Of a stretch of 64,000 nt of DNA, positions 51,469 to 61,055 are shown piece by piece; position 1 is the stretch's first letter; each line of letters begins with the position of its first letter. Made by a program: the position numbers and the translations under genes. The notes under the pieces were generated by a model, which did no database searches, was not told the origin of the DNA, and saw only the letters and a list, made by a program, of their open reading frames with translations. Source of the DNA: a bacterium (GTDB lineage Bacteria; UBA8248); assembly GCA_965219955.1 (NCBI GenBank), contig OZ244799.1, positions 1,344,001 to 1,408,000 of the forward strand, in the 5' to 3' direction.

Positions 51469-52719
51469 TCATCCACTGAACAATCGCTTCTTCACCGCGT
51501 CGAGTGAATGGACGCGCCCCGCTCGAGCCAGTTCTTCGGAAAAACCGACCGCCGGTTTCTTCCGCCCCCCCTCGCCGCCGCGAATCATTTCCCAGAGGGC
51601 GGCCAACCCGCCCGGGCGTTTCGGCGGCGTCAAGTTCTCTCCGTCGAAATCCGCCATGGCGAACGGAACGGCATCGGCGATCCATTCCTGGGATTCCACG
51701 CTGAATCCATGATCCACCATCACGAGGATGCGGCAAGGCTGGTCCAGTTTTTCCAGCAACGGCGACATAAACGCGGCATCGAATCTCTCGATGGCCCCGA
51801 TTTTCTCCTCGGGTTCGCGCCACGGGGATATGCTGTCCACGTCCTCGAGCAAGAAGACGAAATCATGGCTCGAAAGCGCCTCGCTCACCCTGGCGGACAC
51901 CTCCTCCCCCGGCTCATATACATCCGCGCCCCCCAGTTTGGCAAAGCCCTTTGCGAGTTGCGAGTCGGTTATCAGCACCGAATCCCTGCCCCCCGTCTTT
52001 TCGGACATTCTCCCCACCTCCTCGTGGAGGCCGCCGCCCCAAAGCCACACGGAGTTCGCAGCGAACATACGGGTTTGCGCCTTTTCCCTCAAACCCGCAT
52101 GCGTGGAGAGCACCATCTGGGAATCGTTGACGAAATGAACGAAGCGCCGCGCAGCCTCCGCCACCGGCATGTGCTCCCCGATGGGCATTCCGGTAATCGC
52201 ATGCGGGGGCGAGAAGCCGTGAAAAGATTCCGGTGAAAGCGGCGCGCCCGCACGCCGATAATAGAGAAGCGCCTCGCAGCCGCCCAGGGGTTCGAAACGG
52301 AAAGATTCGCCCTCATCGGGCGGCATGTGGCGCTCCAGATAAGCGATGAGTTCGCGGTTCTCCTCATCCGTGACACCGAAGCCCGTCGGGTCCAGCATGA
52401 CGACGCTCGTCGCGCCGGGCTTCAAGCACACGAAGTTGAGCCGGAAGACCGCTTCACCGGCTTCGGGGAGAACGTCCGCTGCGGCGGCCAGCATCAGGCC
52501 GGAAGAGGGTGCGCCCGAGGAGCCGAAAAAATGATTCAGAAATCCATCCAGCGAGGGATACGCATCATCGGCTGCGGGAGACCATGCACCGGAAAAGCCC
52601 GAACCCGCCACCCGATCCAGCACCGGCGTCCGCGCTCTTTGCAGGGGTGTTTCGCCTCCAAAGTCCGCCACCGGCCTGTCGGCGAGACCGCGCGCGAGAA
52701 CCACAAGGATTTTTCGCAT
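51469..52719 (-). CDS. ApgM-like (cofactor-independent phosphoglycerate mutase fold) protein with degenerate metal sites
   Basis: G-ADRP...TPL-RARTP-LD, FRLNFV, PPH-I-G, ANSVWLWG, KI-AIERFD, DH. Several ligands are substituted. Confidence 0.8.
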   Translation of the reverse strand: MRKILVVLARGLADRPVADFGGETPLQRARTPVLDRVAGSGFSGAWSPAADDAYPSLDGFLNHFFGSSGAPSSGLMLAAAADVLPEAGEAVFRLNFVCLKPGATSVVMLDPTGFGVTDEENRELIAYLERHMPPDEGESFRFEPLGGCEALLYYRRAGAPLSPESFHGFSPPHAITGMPIGEHMPVAEAARRFVHFVNDSQMVLSTHAGLREKAQTRMFAANSVWLWGGGLHEEVGRMSEKTGGRDSVLITDSQLAKGFAKLGGADVYEPGEEVSARVSEALSSHDFVFLLEDVDSISPWREPEEKIGAIERFDAAFMSPLLEKLDQPCRILVMVDHGFSVESQEWIADAVPFAMADFDGENLTPPKRPGGLAALWEMIRGGEGGRKKPAVGFSEELARAGRVHSLDAVKKRLFSG

Positions 52720-52743
52720 CAGGAAGAGCTCACGTCTGCTCGA

Positions 52744-54072
52744 TCACATGAAAGCCATGCCGTCCGATTCCACGCGAACGAGCGCGTAAGCGGGCTGCAC
52801 CACGTCGAGGCGGGAAATCTCCTCGAGCGCGTTTTGCATGTTCTCCTCCGTCGCCTTGTGGGTGAGCAGCACCAGACGGGCATAGCCGTCCTCGTCGGCG
52901 CGGCCCTTCTGGACGACGGTTTCGAGGCTGATGTCGTGTTCGCCGAAAACACCGGAGATGCGGCTCAATACGCCAGGCTTGTCCAGCGCCGCGAAGCGAA
53001 CGTAGAAGCGCGTCGAAATTTCCCGCGGGGGCAGGATGTCGAGGCGCGCGCGCTGGTCCGGCAAAAAAGCGGCGGCGGGGATCCGCGAGTCGCCCCCGTT
53101 CTTCAGCCACCTCGCCACTTCGATGATGTCGCCCACCACGGCGGAGGCCGTAGCCTCCGAGCCCGCGCCCTTGCCGATGAACACCTGCGGCCCGGCATTC
53201 ACCCCCGAGACGGCCACCGCATTGTAGACCCCTCCCACCTGCGAGAGAGGATGACTTTCGGGAAGCATTGTCGGGTGAACGCGGATATCGAGTTTCCCCT
53301 CCCTCTCCTGCGCCATGGCGATGAGCTTGATCCGGAAGCCGAGCTCCTTGGCGATATCGATGTCGACGGACGTGATGTTGCGGATCCCCTCGGTGTGGTA
53401 ATCCTCGAGATCCACGGGCGTTCCATAGGCCAGGTTCGCCAGAATCGCTATCTTGTGCGACGCATCGACGCCGTCGATATCGAAAGCGGGGTCGGCTTCC
53501 GCGTAGCCGAGTTCCTGCGCGCGCTTCAGCGTTTCGCCGAAATCCGCACCCATCTCCGTCATGCAGCTCAGAATGTAGTTGCACGTGCCGTTCAAGATAC
53601 CGGCGAGCCTCTCGATTTTGTCCGCAGCGAACGCCTCGCGCAGGTTTCTGACTATCGGAATGCCGCCCGCGACGGACGCCTCGAAACCCAGCGGGCAACC
53701 CGCCTTCTCCGCAGCGGCGAATATCTCCTCCCCGTGAACGGCAAGCACCGCCTTGTTCGCGGTCACGACCGGCTTGTTCTTCTCGATCGCCCGCAGGATG
53801 TGGCGCCTGGCGTCATCCGTCCCGCCGATAAGTTCCGCGACCACGTGCACCTCGGGCGCGTCGATGACGGCCTCGAAATCCGTGCCCATATTCCCGGGCG
53901 ACACCCCGCGCGCCGTCTTTTTCTTTGTGAAAACGCTGCGGTCCGCAATTCTGGAGACGCACACCTCTACGCCGAGGCGTCTCTTGATCAACTCCCGCTG
54001 CTCGTCGAGCAGATTCACGACCCCGCTTCCGACGGTGCCCAAGCCCAATATGCCGACGCAAATTTTCTTCAT
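52744..54072 (-). CDS. hom: homoserine dehydrogenase
   Basis: GLGTVG, VTANKA, FEASVAGGIP, LNGTCN, GYAEADP, C-terminal ACT. Confidence 0.97.
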   Translation of the reverse strand: MKKICVGILGLGTVGSGVVNLLDEQRELIKRRLGVEVCVSRIADRSVFTKKKTARGVSPGNMGTDFEAVIDAPEVHVVAELIGGTDDARRHILRAIEKNKPVVTANKAVLAVHGEEIFAAAEKAGCPLGFEASVAGGIPIVRNLREAFAADKIERLAGILNGTCNYILSCMTEMGADFGETLKRAQELGYAEADPAFDIDGVDASHKIAILANLAYGTPVDLEDYHTEGIRNITSVDIDIAKELGFRIKLIAMAQEREGKLDIRVHPTMLPESHPLSQVGGVYNAVAVSGVNAGPQVFIGKGAGSEATASAVVGDIIEVARWLKNGGDSRIPAAAFLPDQRARLDILPPREISTRFYVRFAALDKPGVLSRISGVFGEHDISLETVVQKGRADEDGYARLVLLTHKATEENMQNALEEISRLDVVQPAYALVRVESDGMAFM

Positions 54073-54098
54073 ATCTCCTTGACCCGAAAAGCCGCGAA

Positions 54099-55295
54099 CT
54101 AGCTCGCCGCCTGCTCGGGCGCTCTCTCCTGGAACAGGGGACGCAAGTTTCTGAGCGCCTGCCGCGTGCGGTGCTCATTCTCCACGAGCGCGAATCGCAC
54201 GTGCCCGTCGCCCAACTCGCCGAAACCGACACCGGGCGAGACGGCCACCTCGGCTTTCTTCAACAAGTATTTGGAAAACTCCAGAGAACCCATCTCCCGG
54301 AAGGCTTGTGGAATCTCCGCCCATACGAACATCGTGCCCCTGGGCTTTTGAACGGGCCAGCCGATTCTCTCCAGTCCGTTGCACAGCGCGTCGCGGCGAT
54401 TCTGGTAAATCTGCCGAATTTCCTCGACGCACTCCTGAGAACCGTTGAGCGCGATGATCGAAGCGATCTGGATGGGCTGGAACGCGCCGTAATCGAGATA
54501 GCTCTTGATGCGCCTGAGCGCACCGATAATCTCGCGGTTCCCCACGGCGAAGCCCATCCGCCACCCCGGCATGGAGTAGCTCTTGGAGAGCGAGAAAAAT
54601 TCCACACTCACATCCTTCGCACCCTTCACCTGCAGAATGCTGGGCGGCTCATAGCCATCGAACCCTAAGTCGGCATAGGCGAAATCATGAACCACGATGA
54701 GGTTGTATTCTTTTGCGAAGGCGACGACTTTTTCAAAAAAATCCAGGTCCACGCAAACCGTGGTGGGGTTGTGCGGGAAACTCAAGACGAGGATTTTCGG
54801 CCGCGGCCATATCGGGCGGATGATGTCGGTCATGTTTTCGAAGAAATCATCCCCCTGAGACAGCGGCAAGTGAACCACGTTGCCGTTCGCCAGGACCATG
54901 GCGTACGTGTGGATGGGGTATGTGGGGCTCGGCACCATGACCAAATCGCCCGGGTTCGTGATGGCCAACGCCAGATGGGAGAGCCCCTCCTTCACCCCGA
55001 TGGTGACGATGGCCTCCTCTTCGGGGTCGATATTCACGTCATAGCGGCGGCCGTACCAGCCCGCGATGGCCGCCCTCAGCCGGGTGATGCCGCGCGAAGC
55101 GCTGTAGCGATGATTCCTGGGGTTCGTCGCCGACTCCACCAGTTTTTCCACGATGTGCGGCGGGGTGGCGAGATCGGGGTTCCCCATACCGAAGTCGATG
55201 ATGTCGTCGCCCCGGCGGCGGGCCTCGATCTTCAACTCGTCAACGCTCGCGAAAACATAGGGCGGCAGGCGAGTGATGCGCTGGAACTCATACAT
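54099..55295 (-). CDS. alaC: class I/II aminotransferase (AlaC-like)
   Basis: [46 protein letters not shown]. Confidence 0.88.
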   Translation of the reverse strand: MYEFQRITRLPPYVFASVDELKIEARRRGDDIIDFGMGNPDLATPPHIVEKLVESATNPRNHRYSASRGITRLRAAIAGWYGRRYDVNIDPEEEAIVTIGVKEGLSHLALAITNPGDLVMVPSPTYPIHTYAMVLANGNVVHLPLSQGDDFFENMTDIIRPIWPRPKILVLSFPHNPTTVCVDLDFFEKVVAFAKEYNLIVVHDFAYADLGFDGYEPPSILQVKGAKDVSVEFFSLSKSYSMPGWRMGFAVGNREIIGALRRIKSYLDYGAFQPIQIASIIALNGSQECVEEIRQIYQNRRDALCNGLERIGWPVQKPRGTMFVWAEIPQAFREMGSLEFSKYLLKKAEVAVSPGVGFGELGDGHVRFALVENEHRTRQALRNLRPLFQERAPEQAAS

Positions 55296-55307
55296 GTTCA
55301 AAAATCC

Positions 55308-56291
55308 TCAACTGACCGGCAAGGATACCAGGCGACGGGAGGGCGCCGGAACGTTCCGGCCCGAGCCATCGGCCGTCATAAACGCGCGACCCTCGGGGTC
55401 TCCTTTTGATGTTTCCTCCCCCAATCCCCGGGAGGCGTGCAGGGCTTCCTCCGCATTGTAGGAGCTTCTCACGAAAGGACCCGCGAACACGTGCGCGAAA
55501 CCCCTCGCCGCGCCCGCCAGGCGGTAGCGCGCATAGACGTCGGGGTGAACGTATTCGCGAACGGGAATCGCCTTTTTCTTCGGTGAGAGATACTGGCCAA
55601 TCGTCATGATTTGGCAATCGACTTTTTCATCTCTCAAATCATCCATCAAGGAGAGCACGTCCTCTTCGGTTTCGCCCATGCCGACCATGACGCCGCTTTT
55701 CGTCACCATATCCGGGTCAATCTCCCGCGCCATGCCGATGACGCGCAGCGAGCGTTCGTAATCGCCGTTCGGCCGCGTGCTCTTGAACAGCCTCTTCACC
55801 GTTTCGATGTTATGGTTGAAAACGTCGGGCGCCGCGCGGACCACCCGCTCGACCGCGTCGAAATCGCCCATGAAATCACTCACCAACACTTCCACCGTGG
55901 CCCCGGGCAGCAATTCGCGAATCGCCTCAATCGTCGCAACCACGTGGGAGGCCGCGCCATCGGCCAAATCATCGCGATTCACCATCGTGACGACCACGTG
56001 CTTGAGGCCCAATTGCTTCGCGGCCTCAGCCACATGCCGCGGTTCGTCTGCGTCCAGAGCCTCCGGCGCGCCCTTTGTGACGGCGCAATAGCCGCAAGTT
56101 CTCGTACAGACGTCCCCGCCAATCATGAAGGTGGCCGTGCTGCGGGAAAAACACTCGAACAGGTTCGGGCACCGGGCTTCCTCGCACACGGTGTGCAGAT
56201 GCTTGTTGCGCATCAGCGCCTTGACTTCGTGCGACCGGCTCGGACTCGGCAGCCGCTTTACGAGCCAAGGCGGAAAGCGTCGAGAAGCCAT
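55308..56291 (-). CDS. lipA: lipoyl synthase
   Basis: VCEEARCPNLFEC, CTRTCGYC, NHNIET, VRSSY. Confidence 0.97.
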   Translation of the reverse strand: MASRRFPPWLVKRLPSPSRSHEVKALMRNKHLHTVCEEARCPNLFECFSRSTATFMIGGDVCTRTCGYCAVTKGAPEALDADEPRHVAEAAKQLGLKHVVVTMVNRDDLADGAASHVVATIEAIRELLPGATVEVLVSDFMGDFDAVERVVRAAPDVFNHNIETVKRLFKSTRPNGDYERSLRVIGMAREIDPDMVTKSGVMVGMGETEEDVLSLMDDLRDEKVDCQIMTIGQYLSPKKKAIPVREYVHPDVYARYRLAGAARGFAHVFAGPFVRSSYNAEEALHASRGLGEETSKGDPEGRAFMTADGSGRNVPAPSRRLVSLPVS

Positions 56292-56326
56292 CGAATTGCC
56301 TCCAGCCCCGGGAATCGGGAGGCTGC

Positions 56327-56355
56327 ATCTTAGGAATGCAAAGCGCGGGTGTCAA
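56327..56355 (-). promoter_or_regulatory. sigma-70-like promoter for lipA-alaC-hom cluster
   Basis: TTGACA-N17-TAAGAT with an AT-rich upstream region. Confidence 0.65.
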
Positions 56356-56408
56356 GCTTAAAGCCATTTATAGCAAACAAAGTACAAAACATTGTATTCA
56401 AATATACT

Positions 56409-57218
56409 TTACATTGCTATGATTATGGCCCGCCGGAGCCTGATCCTCGCCCGCATCCCGGAGAGCGCTTTTTGGGCCTCGGCCTTGTCCGGATAGTGCC
56501 CGACCCGGACGCGATACCACCTGCCCCTGGCGCCGAGATCCGCATTCTTGATGAAGGGCCGGAGTCCCGCCTCCCTCAGCTTGCGGACGACTCGAAGCGC
56601 CTCATCGAATTTTTGGACCGAAACAACCTGTATGGTATAGCCGCTCGCCTTCGCCCAGGGTTTCGATGAGCGGGTATCCGCCTCTGCCCGCATTTGGGCA
56701 TCTTCGCCGACCCCATTCGTATTTTCTTTCTTCTCGGCATTCTTCTCGCCGGCTGGCTCGCCGAGGGGCTTTTCCTGTGCAGGGGGGTTCTCAACCAACT
56801 CCGCCAGGGGGGGCGCCGGTTTCGGCGGTATTTTTTTCTTCACCACCGGCAGCTTGATGAGTTCGATGGGCTGTTCGCCTTCCTGATTCTCCTTGAGCAA
56901 GTCCTGATAAAATTTCGGCTTGATGACATCCACGGTTTTTTGAACCACTTCCGTTCCCGTTTCGGGTTCCGGTATTTTTTTCAGCGCGGCGACCTTCTCG
57001 CGTTCCGCCTCTTTTCTCTCGCCCTTTTTCCCGGCCTCCGGTTCAGGCTTGACCTCAGCCATAACCTTCTTGCCCGACGCGCCGCTGGTGCCCCATAGGT
57101 AGCCGAAGCCGAAGGACGCCCCCATTCCCGCGCAGATAACGAACGCAAAAACGCCCGCCTGCGCTTTGCCGAAAACAATCCTGTATTGTTTCGCAGATGT
57201 CCTCTGCCGGGACTTCAT
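56409..57218 (-). CDS. SPOR-domain cell division protein (FtsN/DedD-like)
   Basis: N-terminal TM, low-complexity linker with FYQDL, C-terminal YTIQV-S...WYRVRVG. Downstream of argS. Confidence 0.88.
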   Translation of the reverse strand: MKSRQRTSAKQYRIVFGKAQAGVFAFVICAGMGASFGFGYLWGTSGASGKKVMAEVKPEPEAGKKGERKEAEREKVAALKKIPEPETGTEVVQKTVDVIKPKFYQDLLKENQEGEQPIELIKLPVVKKKIPPKPAPPLAELVENPPAQEKPLGEPAGEKNAEKKENTNGVGEDAQMRAEADTRSSKPWAKASGYTIQVVSVQKFDEALRVVRKLREAGLRPFIKNADLGARGRWYRVRVGHYPDKAEAQKALSGMRARIRLRRAIIIAM

Positions 57219-57247
57219 GGACTTCTCGTTTCGTGGGCGGATGCTGA

Positions 57248-58921
57248 CTACATCTTCTCGGGAGCGGAGACTCCCAGCAAATTCAAGCCGTTCCTCAAGA
57301 CGACTTGCACGCACTTCGCGAGGCACAGGCGGGCGCGGGTGAGTCCATCGCCCTGGCCCAGTATGCGGTTGCGATTATAATAGGCATGGAATTGTTTGGC
57401 GAGAGCGATGAGGCCGAATGTAACGTGGTGGGGCTCGAGCCTCTCCGCCGCGGTTCGCACCACGTCGGGCCATTCGAGGAGATTCTTCATGAGCTGGCGC
57501 TCCTCGGCCAGCACGAGCACTCCGGGCGGCGGATCATCGAGACCGTCGAGCGACTCGCCTTCTTCCGCCGCCTGCCTGAAAAGGCTGCAGGCGCGCGCGT
57601 GCGCGTACTGCACGTAATAGACCGGATTCTCGCTGCTTTGCTCTTTCGCCAAATCGAGATCGAACTCCAGCGCCGTGTCCGCGCTCCTCATCAGGAAGAA
57701 GAAGCGGGCCGCGTCCACGCCCACCTCATCCACCACCGTGGACAACTCCTCGAACTCGCCCGAGCGCGTGCTCATCTGCACCGCCTCTCCGCCACGACGC
57801 AGGCTCACGAATTGAACGAAGAGGACGTCGAGCTTTTCGGGGTCATGGCCGAGCATCTCCATCGACGCGCGCACCCGGGGCAGATACCCGTGATGATCCG
57901 CCCCCCAGACGTTGATGTACCGATCGAAGCCGAGCTCATACTTCAGGTGGTGATAAGCGATGTCCGACGCCAGGTAGGTCGGGCGGCCATCGTCCCGCAC
58001 GACGACGCGGTCCTTCTCGTCGCCGTATGCGCTCGACGCGAGCCACCTGGCCCCGTCTTTCTCATAGAGTTTCTCGTTCGCTTCGAGCGCGGCGACCGCC
58101 TCTTCCACCTTGTTGCCGTTTCCGGTGAACAAAGATGACTCGCTGAACCATTCATCGAAGCGAACCCGGAACCCGGCGAGGGAATTTTCGATGTCCTCCA
58201 GGATCAAATCCTTGGCGATGACGCCCGCCCGAGCGAGAAGCGCTCCCTCCTCCTCCAGCGTCCCGACGCCCTCCAGGAACCTCGCGGACTTGACGATCTC
58301 GCGAATGTATTCCCCCTGGTAGGCGTCTTCGGGAAAAGGGACCGCCTCCCCTTTCACGTCCTGCAAGTAACGCGCGTAGGCCGATTTCGCCAGCGTCTCT
58401 ATCTGGTTGCCCGCGTCGTTGATGTAATACTCCCGGTGCACGCGAAAGCCCGAAGCCTCCAGCACGCGCCCCAGAACGTCGCCCAGCGCGGCGCCCCGGC
58501 CGTGGCCGACATGAAGCGGCCCCGTGGGGTTCGCGCTCACGAACTCCAGGTGAACGGATTTCCCCGCGCCCGATCCGTTTTTTCCAAAATCATCCGGTGC
58601 GGACAGTATCTCCCCGAGCTTCGCGCACAGGTAATCGCCATCGAGGTACAGGTTGATGAAGCCGGGCTTTTCGACCCGGACATCAGTGAAAAACCCCTCG
58701 GGCGCCTCGAAGTGCTTGACGATCTGCTCCGCAATCACCATGGGCGCCTTCCGCTCGGCTTTCGCCAGCGTCATCGCGATGTTGCAGGAGAAATCGCCGA
58801 ACGCCTCGTTCGGCGGCGTCTCGATGACGACCGCCGGCTTCTCCCCGGAAGTCAGGTCGCCCGCCGCGCGCGCGCTTTCGAATGCGTTCTCGAATATGGG
58901 GACCATCAATTCTTTCAGCAC
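57248..58921 (-). CDS. argS: arginyl-tRNA synthetase
   Basis: EFVSANPTGPLHVGHGR, EYYINDAG, WGADHHGY, MSTRSG, YVQYAHAR. Confidence 0.98.
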   Translation of the reverse strand: MLKELMVPIFENAFESARAAGDLTSGEKPAVVIETPPNEAFGDFSCNIAMTLAKAERKAPMVIAEQIVKHFEAPEGFFTDVRVEKPGFINLYLDGDYLCAKLGEILSAPDDFGKNGSGAGKSVHLEFVSANPTGPLHVGHGRGAALGDVLGRVLEASGFRVHREYYINDAGNQIETLAKSAYARYLQDVKGEAVPFPEDAYQGEYIREIVKSARFLEGVGTLEEEGALLARAGVIAKDLILEDIENSLAGFRVRFDEWFSESSLFTGNGNKVEEAVAALEANEKLYEKDGARWLASSAYGDEKDRVVVRDDGRPTYLASDIAYHHLKYELGFDRYINVWGADHHGYLPRVRASMEMLGHDPEKLDVLFVQFVSLRRGGEAVQMSTRSGEFEELSTVVDEVGVDAARFFFLMRSADTALEFDLDLAKEQSSENPVYYVQYAHARACSLFRQAAEEGESLDGLDDPPPGVLVLAEERQLMKNLLEWPDVVRTAAERLEPHHVTFGLIALAKQFHAYYNRNRILGQGDGLTRARLCLAKCVQVVLRNGLNLLGVSAPEKM

Positions 58922-58984
58922 ATCAACCTCATCAAAAAATCACCCCCGAAACGAGGGAACAAATACTCCTCCGGCGGGATTCCG

Positions 58985-59737
58985 TCAACGCGTGACGGAG
59001 GAATGGCCGGAGCGTCTCGGCAGGCTCTTCCCGCCGTGGTATTGCAAAAACGCCTCCGCGCACCCGATGATCTCGGGCCCCAGGGAAGCGGCGAATCGAA
59101 TGGAAAAACATTTCTCGGGCGACAGGCGAAGAATCTCTCTCATCGCGGCGACGGCGCCGGCGCGCAGGCGCACCTCCCGCGCCGCCGGCTCAGGGCACCT
59201 CGCGCAGCGAAGCTCACCCGTGGCGATATCGAAACGCGCCGTCTCGCTGCCCGGCTTTATCTCGCAGGCCGCGCAATAGTCGAGGCCCGGTTCGAGACCC
59301 ATCGTCTTGAGCAGCATGAGCAGGAAAACCCCTTCCATGCCCGCCGTTCCCGCGCCGGCCTCCAGCGCCTCGAGCGAGGAGCGGAGCAACCAAAAGTGCG
59401 CGCTCTCGCCCTCATCCACGTTCAACACCACATCGAGTATCTTCAAGAGGCGCGACGCCACCCGCATGGCCTCATAATCCTTCCAGACTCTTTGATAGAC
59501 CCGGGTCGTCTCGCATTTTCGCATCGTGCCCAAACCGGAACCCGTGCGCCGGCTCCACTCGATATGGTTCTCGCTCGCCGGTTCGAGTCCCACGCCCACC
59601 CTCGACTTCGCCGAGCGCACGCCCTTCGCCACCAGGCGCACCTTGCCCTGGCCTTTACTCAGAAACGTCACGATCAGGCTCGTGTTCGAGAACGGGCGCG
59701 CGCCCAGGACAATGGCTTCGTCACTCAGAATGGCCAA
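58985..59737 (-). CDS. recO: DNA repair protein
   Basis: [15 protein letters not shown], zinc finger CAAC...CARC. Confidence 0.92.
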   Translation of the reverse strand: MAILSDEAIVLGARPFSNTSLIVTFLSKGQGKVRLVAKGVRSAKSRVGVGLEPASENHIEWSRRTGSGLGTMRKCETTRVYQRVWKDYEAMRVASRLLKILDVVLNVDEGESAHFWLLRSSLEALEAGAGTAGMEGVFLLMLLKTMGLEPGLDYCAACEIKPGSETARFDIATGELRCARCPEPAAREVRLRAGAVAAMREILRLSPEKCFSIRFAASLGPEIIGCAEAFLQYHGGKSLPRRSGHSSVTR

Positions 59738-59773
59738 GAAAACGCCTCCCGACAGGTCTTCTTTTCTGGGGTC

Positions 59774-59802
59774 TTGACGAAACCGGGCGGATGAGAGATA
59801 GT
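59774..59802 (+). promoter_or_regulatory. sigma-70-like promoter for rpsU
   Basis: TTGACG-N17-GATAGT. Confidence 0.5.
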
Positions 59803-59865
59803 TTGCGACCGGAAAGATTCTATTTTCTAACGCAAGTTACCGCAAACAGGAGGAACGAAACCAAT

Positions 59866-60054
59866 ATGCCAGGAGTAAAAGTACACGAGGGTGAATCCAT
59901 CGACAAGGCTTTGAAGCAATTCAAGAAACAATGCGAAAAATCAGGCATTCTCACCGAAATCAAAAAGCGCGAGTACTATGAGAAGCCCAGCGTAAAGCGC
60001 AAGAGGAAGATACTCGCCGCGCACAAAAAGCGCATGCGCGCCCAGAACCGCTAA
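59866..60054 (+). CDS. rpsU: 30S ribosomal protein S21
   Basis: [27 protein letters not shown]...YEKPS. AGGAGG RBS. Confidence 0.97.
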   Translation: MPGVKVHEGESIDKALKQFKKQCEKSGILTEIKKREYYEKPSVKRKRKILAAHKKRMRAQNR

Positions 60055-60056
60055 GC

Positions 60057-61046
60057 CTAGACATTCTCATAGCCGAGCTCGGAAAGCGCGGCGTCCTTTT
60101 GCCGCCAGTTCGGCTTGATGCGCACCTTGAGGCCGAGATATATCTGCTCGCCCAGGCGCCGTTCGATCTCCGTTCTCGATAATTCTCCGATCTTCTTGAT
60201 CTGAGCACCCCCCTTGCCCACCAGAATCCCCCGCTGGCTCTTCCGCTCCACGTAGATTTCCGCTTCGACGTGCAACAGGCCGGAACGCCCGGCGCGCTCC
60301 ATCTCGCGCACCTTCACCGCCACGGCGTAGGGGATCTCCTTGTGCAGCAGGCGGTACACCTGCTCGCGAACGAACTCCTCTATCAGGAGCGCTTCGCTCA
60401 CGTCCGTCGTCATATCGGGCGAAAAGTACCTGGGGCCTTCGGGGAGCGCCTGGATGATGTCTTCCACCAGCGGCTCCACGTTGTCCCCCTTGAGCGCCGA
60501 GACGGGATAGGCGCTCCTGAACCCGTCGTCTTCGGCGTATTTCGCCAGAACGGGCAACAGTATCGCCTTGTCCTTGATCCGGTCCACCTTGTTGATGACG
60601 AGAAACGCGGGCACGCCCGCATCCTCTATCAGCGCGAGCGCGTTTTCGTCCACCTCCCCCTCGGCGTCGTCCGTCATGAACAGGGCGAGGTCCGCACCCG
60701 CGCAGGCGGCCTTCACCTCTTCGAGCAGAAAGCGCCCGAGCTTCGAGGCGGGACGCTCGAGACCGGGCGTATCGAAAAAAGCCGCTTGCGCGTTATCGGT
60801 GTTCAACACGCCGAGAAGCCTGCGCCTCGTGGTTCCGGGCTTGCGGGTGACGATGGCGAGCTTTTCCCCGAGGATGCGGTTGAGCAGGGTGGATTTGCCC
60901 ACGTTCGGGCGTCCGATGATGGCGATGAAGCCCGAGCGGAATCCGTCGGGCGTCTCGTCGCGAACCTCGCCGCTTCTTAAGATTTTATCGAGGTCGAGCG
61001 TGCGCGCGTCGCCCCGGGTGCGAGTTTTCTTTTTCCTCGTGGACAC
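60057..61046 (-). CDS. era: GTPase Era
   Basis: GRPNVGKST, TTR, DTPG, NKVD, VSA, KH domain (LVGKGG). Confidence 0.97.
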   Translation of the reverse strand: MSTRKKKTRTRGDARTLDLDKILRSGEVRDETPDGFRSGFIAIIGRPNVGKSTLLNRILGEKLAIVTRKPGTTRRRLLGVLNTDNAQAAFFDTPGLERPASKLGRFLLEEVKAACAGADLALFMTDDAEGEVDENALALIEDAGVPAFLVINKVDRIKDKAILLPVLAKYAEDDGFRSAYPVSALKGDNVEPLVEDIIQALPEGPRYFSPDMTTDVSEALLIEEFVREQVYRLLHKEIPYAVAVKVREMERAGRSGLLHVEAEIYVERKSQRGILVGKGGAQIKKIGELSRTEIERRLGEQIYLGLKVRIKPNWRQKDAALSELGYENV

Positions 61047-61055
61047 CCGCGCGCC

